From Clostridia bacterium (lineage in GTDB: Bacteria > Bacillota > Clostridia > Christensenellales > Borkfalkiaceae), in NCBI GenBank assembly GCA_900767885.1, contig CAAGAU010000040.1, forward strand, positions 602 to 64,601: 64,000 nucleotides of DNA, written 5' to 3'. The stretch's first letter is position 1; every line of letters begins with the position of its first letter. Below the pieces are notes generated by a model. That model was not told the DNA's origin. It did no database searches and was given only the letters and a program-made list of their open reading frames with translations. Positions 1 through 8,267 of the stretch are shown here, piece after piece. Position numbers and translations under genes: made by a program.

Positions 1-51
1 CAAAAACAGACAATTAAATATTTTTCCGCAAGTTATATTGCGGAGCCTTTC

Positions 52-86
52 AGGTCGGTGATAAAGAAAATCAGCGACCTTTTTTA
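52..86 (+). terminator. Rho-independent terminator of a + strand gene lying upstream of the window
   Basis: AGGTCGGTGA (52-61) pairs with TCAGCGACCT (71-80), one mismatch, followed by a T-run. Confidence 0.6.
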
Positions 87-287
87 CGTTAAAAATCAGG
101 AGGAACGTATGCAAAATTATCATCGGTATCGCCCGCCGTAAGCGGTAAAAATCACAAACAAAAAAATATATTCACAAGGAGAAAATCATTATAGAAAACT
201 TATTAGAAAGCAGAAAGTTTCGTCCGTGTTTTTATCAGGCGCGTTTGTTAAAAAATTCTTTCGTTCCGTAAGGATTACGTCGTTGTA

Positions 288-354
288 AAATATAAAAAAT
301 GCAATCACGGAATATAAAAGTGCAATCGACATTTTGCGTTTTATAGTGTATAAT
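288..354 (+). promoter_or_regulatory. Promoter P1 with tandem direct-repeat operator (putative AraC-type activator site)
   Basis: AAATATAAAAAATGCAATC at 288-306 and TATAAAAGTGCAATC at 313-327. TGCAAT cores start at 300 and 321 (21 bp apart). -35-like TCGACA at 326-331, 17-bp spacer, TATAAT at 349-354. Confidence 0.6.
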
Positions 355-454
355 AATTAACAAAGAAAGATTTTTCGGTCTATGTAATGAAATTGCCGTT
401 TATAAAGTAGTTTTACGCGCATTGCCGATAGTTCTTTTTAAGGAGATAAAACAT

Positions 455-2062
455 ATGATTTCGATACTAAGACAACCGGATATAGTATACGGAGCAACCG
501 AAAAAACGCCTTTCCGATTTGAGGAAAAGCAAATAAACGACGTAAAATATTCCTATAGTGTATCGGGGGAATCGGCAAAAATAACGATATATCCGAGCGG
601 CGCGCCGATAAAATATCTTAAACTCAGGTTTAACGGCGATTTAAGCAACGTCGATCGTGTTTACGGAGATCAGTGGGAGCGCGCGGGATTAAAGGCTTAT
701 CTCGAATGGCGTTCGGTCATGGCATCGCGCGTTCTGCCATGGTTTTGCTACGTAATGGCGGGCGACGAAATGTCTTGCTACGGCGTTAAGACGGGCGCGG
801 ATTGCTTTGCTTTTTTTCAGGTAGACACGGGCGGAATTACGCTTTTTCTTAATCTTTGCAGCGGCAATAGCGGGACGGAAATAACCGAGCCGCTTTTTGC
901 CTGCGAAGTTGTCGAGTTGCACGCCGAAAGGGGCGCGGACGTATATAAAACGGCGGCGACGTTTGCAAAAATGACGTGCGACAATCCCGTTTTGCCAAAA
1001 ACGCCGATATTTGGCGTAAACAACTGGTATTGGGCGTACGGCGATATTTCATACGAGAGCGTTTTAAAAGAAACCGACTATCTTATGCAAATGACGAGCG
1101 GTTGCAAAAATGCGCCGTATATGATAATCGACGACGGCTGGCAGAAAAACAGAATCCCCGGAGCGGGAAATTATATAGGCGGAGAGTGGGAGCCAAACGA
1201 TAAATTCGGCGACATGCGTAAAACGGCGGAGGCTATTCATGCAAAAGGCGCAAAAGCGGGAGTATGGTTCCGTCCGCTTTTAACGCGGGGGGACGTCCCC
1301 GCAGAGGCGGTTTTATGCGAAGAGTGCGGCGGTAAGATACTCGATCCGTCGCATCCGTTCACGCTTGAAAAGGCGTATAACGACGCGAAAAAACTTTCGG
1401 ATTGGGGTTTTGACCTTATAAAGCACGATTTTACGACGGGCGACGCCCTTACCGGACAAAAAACGCTTACAAGCGAGCAGCACGATTATATTCTCGTTGC
1501 CGAAAACAGAAAGTATTACGACGAGAAAAAGACGACCGCCTCCATTCTGAAAAATTTATACAAAGCCATACAGAAAGGCGCGGGAAGCAGCGAAGTTATC
1601 GCGTGCAACGCGGTGGGGCATTTGTCTGCGGGTATACATTCGGTTTACCGTATCGGCAACGACACGAGCGGCAGATCGTTTGAGTGGACAAGGCGCGACG
1701 GAATAAATTCGGTTATGCGGTTACCGCTTAACAATGCGTTTTATAACGCCGACCCGGACTGCGCGGCGTTTACCGACAGGGTAAGGGCGGATATAAACCT
1801 CGACTTTCTGGAAATGTGCGCGCTTACGGGAATGACAACGCTGGCTTCGGTTACGCCCGGCATACTTAAACCCGACGAAATGCGGCGCATAAACGAGATA
1901 TTTAAAACGGCTGACGAAGGAAAGGGCGGTTACGGCATAAAAGATTACGAAAAGAATGCAAATCCCGAAGTTTTCGTTTCTTCCGACGGCAAAACCGTAA
2001 AAAAGTACGACTGGAATAAAGTGTACAACGGCTCGCGTGTAGTTCTTTCGTGGATGGAATAA
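455..2062 (+). CDS. Clan GH-D (GH27/GH36-like) alpha-galactosidase-type glycoside hydrolase, cytoplasmic
   Basis: ATG 455 follows AAGGAG (440-445); the track ORF starts at an upstream TTG at 422. Motifs YMIIDDGWQ, GVWFRPL, LIKHDFT and YRIGNDTS are typical of melibiase-type TIM barrels. No signal peptide. Confidence 0.6.
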   Translation: MISILRQPDIVYGATEKTPFRFEEKQINDVKYSYSVSGESAKITIYPSGAPIKYLKLRFNGDLSNVDRVYGDQWERAGLKAYLEWRSVMASRVLPWFCYVMAGDEMSCYGVKTGADCFAFFQVDTGGITLFLNLCSGNSGTEITEPLFACEVVELHAERGADVYKTAATFAKMTCDNPVLPKTPIFGVNNWYWAYGDISYESVLKETDYLMQMTSGCKNAPYMIIDDGWQKNRIPGAGNYIGGEWEPNDKFGDMRKTAEAIHAKGAKAGVWFRPLLTRGDVPAEAVLCEECGGKILDPSHPFTLEKAYNDAKKLSDWGFDLIKHDFTTGDALTGQKTLTSEQHDYILVAENRKYYDEKKTTASILKNLYKAIQKGAGSSEVIACNAVGHLSAGIHSVYRIGNDTSGRSFEWTRRDGINSVMRLPLNNAFYNADPDCAAFTDRVRADINLDFLEMCALTGMTTLASVTPGILKPDEMRRINEIFKTADEGKGGYGIKDYEKNANPEVFVSSDGKTVKKYDWNKVYNGSRVVLSWME

Positions 2063-2180
2063 AAATCACGTTGCAAAACCGCGATCATTTGTTCCGTTCT
2101 GCCGATAGGGATATGAATATTGCAAAAATTATTAAAAATACATCAATTTTTGACTGCGTTATAGTGAAAAGCGCGAAAAT

Positions 2181-2247
2181 AAATATAAAAAATGCAATCT
2201 TCTTTATAAAAGTTGCAATTGAATACGGCGTTAAGTTATGTTATAAT
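2181..2247 (+). promoter_or_regulatory. Promoter P2 with the same tandem direct-repeat operator as P1
   Basis: The 19-mer AAATATAAAAAATGCAATC at 2181-2199 is identical to P1; a second TGCAAT core starts at 2214 (21 bp from the first at 2193). TTGAAT at 2219-2224, 17-bp spacer, TATAAT at 2242-2247. Proximal core to -10 is 28 bp, as in P1. Confidence 0.6.
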
Positions 2248-2401
2248 GTAGCCGCAATGGTTATAAATTGTCGGGTTTTATTCATCTGACAGCGGTTAAA
2301 CTTTAACAAATAATCGCGGAATCATTTAAATAAAACAGCAAAAGGGCTATAGCCCTTTTGCGCGACTTTGTCGCGCAAAACACCCTTAACGGAGGAAAAA
2401 G

Positions 2402-2629
2402 ATGCAAAAAATCAGACTCATACTTTTGGTTTTTGTAACGATCGTTTTCACCGCGTTTTGTCTGGTCGGATGCTCGGGTGGCTCAAAAGGACCGCCCGAC
2501 GGCGGACAATCAAACACGGAACAGTCGGGTACGGAAACCGAAAAAACCGATTCGGAAGGATCGTCGTCAGACAGTAGCGAGAATGAAAAGAACGGCGGCA
2601 GTTGGACGTCGGTCTTACCGTTTAATTAA
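2402..2629 (+). CDS. Small lipoprotein (75 aa) with a Ser/Glu/Gly-rich tail
   Basis: GGAGGA RBS before the ATG; signal peptide with lipobox LVGC; low-complexity mature part ending GGSWTSVLPFN. Confidence 0.55.
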   Translation: MQKIRLILLVFVTIVFTAFCLVGCSGGSKGPPDGGQSNTEQSGTETEKTDSEGSSSDSSENEKNGGSWTSVLPFN

Positions 2630-2657
2630 AAGCGAAATAAAATAAAGAGGTGGAAAT

Positions 2658-2858
2658 ATGATACAGCAAAGCAACCAAAACGGCAAACGTCGCATGAGTG
2701 ACGCTGTAAGTCCCGAAAGCGGACGAAAGGCATATTCGGCGGCAAAAATCGAGGCGATTTCTTTTAATCGCGACGTTATTACAACGAGTGTCGAGGGTGG
2801 AGAAAACGGCTACGGAGTTCGATGGAACTGGGATACGAAAAATATTTGGGGAGAATAA
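2658..2858 (+). CDS. Hypothetical small soluble protein (66 aa)
   Basis: Strong RBS AGAGGTGG 4 nt before the ATG; fills the gap between two operon genes; no recognisable domain. Confidence 0.4.
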   Translation: MIQQSNQNGKRRMSDAVSPESGRKAYSAAKIEAISFNRDVITTSVEGGENGYGVRWNWDTKNIWGE

Positions 2859-2863
2859 TTATT

Positions 2864-5557
2864 ATGAAGATTGCAAAATTGAAACAGACAATTATAATTG
2901 TTATGACGGCGATGGTTATGTGTTTATGTTTAACCGTCGCAGGCACGTCTTTCGCCAAGGCGAGTGCGGCGGACGGCTCTGCGGCGATAACCGCCGAACA
3001 ATTTAAACTTAAAGGCACTTCTGTCCGCTATGTTGACGAAACTTACGGCGCGGGCGTTAAATTTCATGTATTACTTGATAAAACCGTATATAACGGACTT
3101 AGCGACAGCGCGGTAACCGGCGTTAAACTTTGCCCCGTATCTATACTTAACGGCGAAAGCGTTAAAAATTCGTCAAACGCGGCTGTAATAGATAAGCAGG
3201 TGAATAAAAATGGCTGGTTCGAGAGTAAAACCGATTCGGGCATGATGGAACTTGTCGTTTACGTTTACGACGTTACCGCTAAAGATTACGGTACCGATCT
3301 GGCTGTGGCAGGGTATATTACCGATAACGGAACAACCACTTATACTACGGAAGAATCGACTTCGCTCGCAATTGTGGCAAAAACAGCCGCCGCAACCGAA
3401 ACCGACGAAGCCAAAAAAGCGCAACTCGGCGGTTATTATACTTTTGAAGTAAAGTTGTATAATGCGGATAAAACGCTTAAAGAAAGCAAAACCGCAGAAT
3501 ACGGTACTATTTTAAGCAAACCCGAGGAAGAGGTTTGCGGCTGGTATAATAAAGATTTAACCTCGCAATGGAATTTTGAGACCGATAAGGTTAAAAGCAA
3601 CGTTGCTCTTTATGCAAAAGCGCACGGCGAAGTTGTTTATACTTCCAACGGCAACGGTACGCATAATAAAACGTATAAGTGTTGCGGCGCGGTAGTTGCG
3701 GCAAACGAAAAATGCACCTACGCCGACGGAATCGATACTTCCGATGAAGTTTACGATTACAAGAAGTGTGTTTGCGGTCAACTCGACACCGGACACGGAT
3801 TTAAAAAGACGGTCGATTTGCAAGATCAGCAACTTGTAATGACCAATGAAGCGATCGCTCTCGATCTTACGGGCGTTTCCGCTTACGATACGGTTAAGTC
3901 GATAACGCTCGGCGGGGCAAATCTCGGAACAAACCTCGGTTCGCTCGAACTCGGCGCGATAAAGACCGACGAAAAGCAGCACGGCTCAAAACAGATAACC
4001 GTAGTCGTTACCGACGCCGACGGGGCAGACCACGAAGTAGTAGTAAACGCGACTTTGGTAACCAAGGTTATAACTACCGACGCCGAATTAAAAGACGTTC
4101 TTTATGAACAAAGCGTTGCGCCTACTACTAATGGCGAAACCGAGCGTTTCGGATATTACGTCCTCGGCAACGATATCACATATACCGGTTCGAGAAACTA
4201 TGTGGCATTTTGCGGTACGTTCGACGGTAACGGACACACGATAACTACCGCAAATATGAATAACGGTTTGTTCGCGTATATTTACGGCGGCGCGGTTATC
4301 AGGGATTTAACTATAAAGGCGACGATAACTCAGAACTTGGATAACGCATATAAATGTGTTCTTGCCGCTTCGATATACAAAGCCCAAAGCGGCAACGCCG
4401 TTTCAACAATAGAGAATCTTACTGTAATTTATGAAGCCGGCATTGATTCGGCGGATATTTTCGGCGGTGGGTTTATTGTACGCGGCGATTGTCAGAATGT
4501 GTTGTTTAAGAATCTTACCGTTTGTGCAAACGGTAAAAAAATAGGCTCGCTTCTCGGTCAGACTCTTTCCAACGTTACTTTTGAAAATTGCAGCATTTTT
4601 GCCGACGAAGTAAGCTGTGTTGTGTCTAAAGCGGACGGAACGGGTAAGGTCGGATTTGCCGACGTTGAGGGCATAGAGCATAAACAAATACAGGCGAAAG
4701 AAATAGCGTTGTGGCAGCAAAACCCGTCGCTCGATTACGGCGATACGTTCGCAGGTAAGACCGTTGCGGAAATCACCTGCGGCAACTATTCTTTCGGTAA
4801 CGATCTAGCAAATCTTATTGTTCCCGAAGCGTTTATAGCCGATAAATCACTTCATGGAAGCACTATGTTCTGTGTTGAAACATCTGACGGCGCAAAGGTA
4901 TACGTTCCTGTTGTGCTGGTAACCGGAGAAATAAGCACTGAAGCAGAGTTTAAGGCCGCCACGTTTATTTCAGACGAAAAAACCACTAAATACGGTTGGT
5001 ATAGACTTGTAAATAATATTATCTTTACGAGTGATGTATCAGGTGTTCAATCTTATGGTGCCGAAATGAGCAAAGACATTGGTTTTCGCGGAGGTATTGA
5101 CGGGCAAGGGAAATATACCATAAGTACGGCGGCAGGCAAATATGTTACTGGTGGAGGAATTTTCGGTCTCGTGGGTTCAGGTGCTGTTATTAAAGACGTT
5201 AAATTCAATGTTGCCGTTTGGAAATCGGCTTTGGGTATGTTTGGTTCTCAAGGACATAATGCAACCATACAAAATGTAGAAATTACTTTCACCGCGGCAC
5301 CTACGGTTGAGAAAGCAGGACATAATGGTGCGTTCTTTGCAAGATTTAGCGGCACTATGAATTACAAGAACGTTACGTTGAACGCAGCAGGTTTTGAGTT
5401 GGCAACCATATTTGGAGTAAACCTTGAGAAAAACATGACAAAATGCGAAAAAGTAGTTGTTAACGCCAAGTCAATAGTCGTTATTGGTTATGGCACTTGG
5501 GGGGAAGAGCCAATCACCTCGCTTACAGGCTTTACTTTTAACAAAACAGAGGCTTAA
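2864..5557 (+). CDS. Secreted multidomain surface protein: Listeria-Bacteroides (Flg_new) repeat, Cys/His-rich segment, two Ig-like plus GLUG/beta-helix-like modules
   Basis: ATG 2864 starts a classic signal peptide (MKIAKLKQTIIIVMTAMVMCLCLTVAGTSFAKA). GWYNKDLTSQWNFETDKVKSNVALYAK is a Flg_new signature. FCGTFDGNGHTITT...NGLFAYIYGGAVIRDL recurs as FRGGIDGQGKYTIS...GIFGLVGSGAVIKDV. Confidence 0.65.
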   Translation: MKIAKLKQTIIIVMTAMVMCLCLTVAGTSFAKASAADGSAAITAEQFKLKGTSVRYVDETYGAGVKFHVLLDKTVYNGLSDSAVTGVKLCPVSILNGESVKNSSNAAVIDKQVNKNGWFESKTDSGMMELVVYVYDVTAKDYGTDLAVAGYITDNGTTTYTTEESTSLAIVAKTAAATETDEAKKAQLGGYYTFEVKLYNADKTLKESKTAEYGTILSKPEEEVCGWYNKDLTSQWNFETDKVKSNVALYAKAHGEVVYTSNGNGTHNKTYKCCGAVVAANEKCTYADGIDTSDEVYDYKKCVCGQLDTGHGFKKTVDLQDQQLVMTNEAIALDLTGVSAYDTVKSITLGGANLGTNLGSLELGAIKTDEKQHGSKQITVVVTDADGADHEVVVNATLVTKVITTDAELKDVLYEQSVAPTTNGETERFGYYVLGNDITYTGSRNYVAFCGTFDGNGHTITTANMNNGLFAYIYGGAVIRDLTIKATITQNLDNAYKCVLAASIYKAQSGNAVSTIENLTVIYEAGIDSADIFGGGFIVRGDCQNVLFKNLTVCANGKKIGSLLGQTLSNVTFENCSIFADEVSCVVSKADGTGKVGFADVEGIEHKQIQAKEIALWQQNPSLDYGDTFAGKTVAEITCGNYSFGNDLANLIVPEAFIADKSLHGSTMFCVETSDGAKVYVPVVLVTGEISTEAEFKAATFISDEKTTKYGWYRLVNNIIFTSDVSGVQSYGAEMSKDIGFRGGIDGQGKYTISTAAGKYVTGGGIFGLVGSGAVIKDVKFNVAVWKSALGMFGSQGHNATIQNVEITFTAAPTVEKAGHNGAFFARFSGTMNYKNVTLNAAGFELATIFGVNLEKNMTKCEKVVVNAKSIVVIGYGTWGEEPITSLTGFTFNKTEA

Positions 5558-5606
5558 AATCCGGACAAAACGACTAAAAAAATAATACGACAAAAGGATT
5601 AAACAC

Positions 5607-7307
5607 ATGAAACATAATAACAAATTTAAAAAAATATGTACGGGCGCGTTGTCGCTTACTCTTGCTTTATCTTGCTTTACGGCATGCGGCGGCGGTTCCG
5701 GCGCTGCGGGCGGCGGCGGAAGTAAATCCATTACGGAAATTCAGTTTTTAAACTATCAGGGTTGCTCTGGTAACGAATGGATAGAGGCCGCGGCAAAGCG
5801 TTTTTCCGACCTTAAAGCCGACGAAAGTTATGAGGCAAACAAAAAAGGCGTAAGAATTTCCGTAAGCGAAACAAAAGCCATGCCTTATACCACGCTTAAT
5901 TCCGACGGTTACGATATTTATATCGGCGAAAACAAAGCCAATATTTACGAAATGGCGTCGCAGGGGTATCTGCTCGAACTCGGCGACGTTGTAAAGGGTA
6001 TCGAAAACAAGATAGATCAGGACGCTATCAAGAGATTAAAGGGCGCGGACGGCAAATATTACGGTCTGCCTTCTTACGAATGGTACTCCGGCGTAAGTTA
6101 CGATTACGATTATTTTGAAGAGACAAATCTCTTCCTTGCCGCGCCGGAAGTTACCGGCAGAATGATAAACAATAAATTCGGTTCGCTTAAACTTGTCAAT
6201 TCCAAAAACGATAAAAAATCCTGCGGACCGGACGGCGTTTATAATACCGAGGACGACGGTATGCCTTCCTCCATACAGGAATTGCTTACGCTGTTTGCCG
6301 AAATCAAAAACGGCGGTCGTTCGCCGATAATTCTTTCGGGTAACTCCATCGACTACGCGTTCTTCCTTACGGACGGACTCTGGGCGGCTCTTGCCGGCAA
6401 AGATCAGTTCAAAACCGTGTACAGCATAAATTCCCAAGGCATAAAGAACGTAGAAGTCGTTACCGGCTATACTAACGAAGATTTGTTCTATAACGGTTCG
6501 GGCATCAAGCATCCCACGACCGAAATGATTGCTATCGACGAAGAAAACGGTTATAAGATTTACGACATGGCGTCGAGATATTACGCTCTCGCAACGCTCC
6601 AGCTTATCTATAACGAAAAATGGTTTTTGGAGTCGTTCCTTAACAACGCTCAGAAGACCAACGTTCAGGCACAGTACAACTTTGTCAACGACGGCGACGC
6701 CGCTGTCCTTTACGACGCGTCGTTCTGGTGCGGAGAATCCGTCCGCAGCGGCGATTTCGAAGCGTTTAAAGCGCTTAACCCCGACAAGGGCAATCGCGAC
6801 GTCCGTTACATGCCTTTGCCCGTAACGCTTGAAACGTCCGTAACCGAAAACAACGGTAAACGCCAGGTACTCGTAGACGGCGGCGCGGCTCAACTTTTCG
6901 TAAACAGGCGCGTGGCGAATAACGAGGGTAAAAAACGTGCGGTAATCGAATTTTTACAGTTCCTTTACAGCGACGCGGAACTTGCCGCCTTTACCGAAAG
7001 AACGGGCTTAAAAGTCCCCATAAAGTATGATTACGACGGTTCTAAACTCAACAGTTATTTCGAACATCTTACCAGATACGTCGAACAATCCGACGTCGTA
7101 TACTTCGCGTCGGACAGCACGATAGTACAAAAGAACCTCGAAGCGTTTTCGCTCACGTGGTCGTCTTCTATACACAGACCCGTTCTCGGCGGTATCGAAG
7201 TAGGAAAGGGCTACATCGAGGCAATGAAGAACAAGGGCGCAGACGCTAAAACTATTTTTGAAGCAACTAAAAAGAATGCGGAGAGTTGGAATAATCTCCA
7301 GAGATAA
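5607..7307 (+). CDS. ABC transporter extracellular sugar-binding lipoprotein (large LplA-like family 1 SBP)
   Basis: Lipobox FTAC followed by a Gly-rich linker; ~560 aa; sits immediately upstream of two MalFG-type permeases. Confidence 0.8.
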   Translation: MKHNNKFKKICTGALSLTLALSCFTACGGGSGAAGGGGSKSITEIQFLNYQGCSGNEWIEAAAKRFSDLKADESYEANKKGVRISVSETKAMPYTTLNSDGYDIYIGENKANIYEMASQGYLLELGDVVKGIENKIDQDAIKRLKGADGKYYGLPSYEWYSGVSYDYDYFEETNLFLAAPEVTGRMINNKFGSLKLVNSKNDKKSCGPDGVYNTEDDGMPSSIQELLTLFAEIKNGGRSPIILSGNSIDYAFFLTDGLWAALAGKDQFKTVYSINSQGIKNVEVVTGYTNEDLFYNGSGIKHPTTEMIAIDEENGYKIYDMASRYYALATLQLIYNEKWFLESFLNNAQKTNVQAQYNFVNDGDAAVLYDASFWCGESVRSGDFEAFKALNPDKGNRDVRYMPLPVTLETSVTENNGKRQVLVDGGAAQLFVNRRVANNEGKKRAVIEFLQFLYSDAELAAFTERTGLKVPIKYDYDGSKLNSYFEHLTRYVEQSDVVYFASDSTIVQKNLEAFSLTWSSSIHRPVLGGIEVGKGYIEAMKNKGADAKTIFEATKKNAESWNNLQR

Positions 7308-7313
7308 GGTCAT

Positions 7314-8261
7314 ATGAATTCGACTACGATCAAAACAAACCAGAGGTTGAGCAAAACAAAGACCAACAGGCTTATCTTTTACTCGATAATGGTAGCCGTA
7401 CCCGTAATACACTTTCTTGTGTTTTATGTGTACATAAACTTTAACTCGATATTGTTATCTTTAAAAGATTATGCGCTTGCCGATATGGGCGGTTATACCT
7501 GGAAATTTGCGGGATTTAAGAATTTTAAAACGGCGTGGAATATTTTTACTTCCCGCGGGTATCTTATCAGAAGCTCGCTTATATTCCTTGCGTCGGACTG
7601 TCTTATAATCACGCCGCTTGCAGTGCTGTTTTCATTTTATCTCTATAAAAAAGCGCCGCTTTCGGGTTTCTTTAAAGTAATACTGTTTCTGCCTCAACTT
7701 TTGTCGGGCGTAATTCTCGGTTTGCTTTACAAGTACATCGCTTCCGACGTCTATCTGTGGTTTGCCGATAAAATGCACATGACGGTAAACGGCGGCTTGC
7801 TCGATTCGGCGGAAACCGTTCTCGCTTCAACGCTCGCGTTTAATATTTTTATGGGCTTCGGCGTAAACGTATTATTGTTTGTCGGCGCGATGAGCGGCGT
7901 AAACTCGTCGGTTGTGGAATCTGCCAAAATCGACGGGGCGTCGTCCTTGCAGGAACTTTGGTATATCATTCTTCCGCTGATAAGTCCGACGGTAATTACC
8001 GTGCTTATAATCTACATATCGCACGTTTTTACCAATCAGTACAATATGTATACGTTGTTCGGGTCGGGCGCGTTGGATATTCAGACGGTAGGATATTTTC
8101 TGTATTGCCAGACGCTCGAATCAAAACTTGCCGGCACACGCGAAAACATCTTTACTTATCCGGTACTTTCTGCCATGGGTATCATTCTTACGGCAATAAT
8201 TTTGCCGATAACCATGTTGTTCAGGTGGTTTATGAACAAGTACGCTCCGAGTGCGGACTGA
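7314..8261 (+). CDS. ABC sugar transporter permease (LplB/MalF-like)
   Basis: Multi-TM protein with EAA loop ESAKIDGASSLQELWYIILPL. Confidence 0.85.
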   Translation: MNSTTIKTNQRLSKTKTNRLIFYSIMVAVPVIHFLVFYVYINFNSILLSLKDYALADMGGYTWKFAGFKNFKTAWNIFTSRGYLIRSSLIFLASDCLIITPLAVLFSFYLYKKAPLSGFFKVILFLPQLLSGVILGLLYKYIASDVYLWFADKMHMTVNGGLLDSAETVLASTLAFNIFMGFGVNVLLFVGAMSGVNSSVVESAKIDGASSLQELWYIILPLISPTVITVLIIYISHVFTNQYNMYTLFGSGALDIQTVGYFLYCQTLESKLAGTRENIFTYPVLSAMGIILTAIILPITMLFRWFMNKYAPSAD

Positions 8262-8267
8262 TCGGGG

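Noticed and set aside
422-454. Upstream TTG start of the first ORF in the track
   Set aside because: ATG 455 has a properly spaced AAGGAG, whereas TTG 422 has none.
6036-6893. 285-aa ORF on the minus strand
   Set aside because: It is antisense to the ABC binding-protein gene, with no supporting signals.
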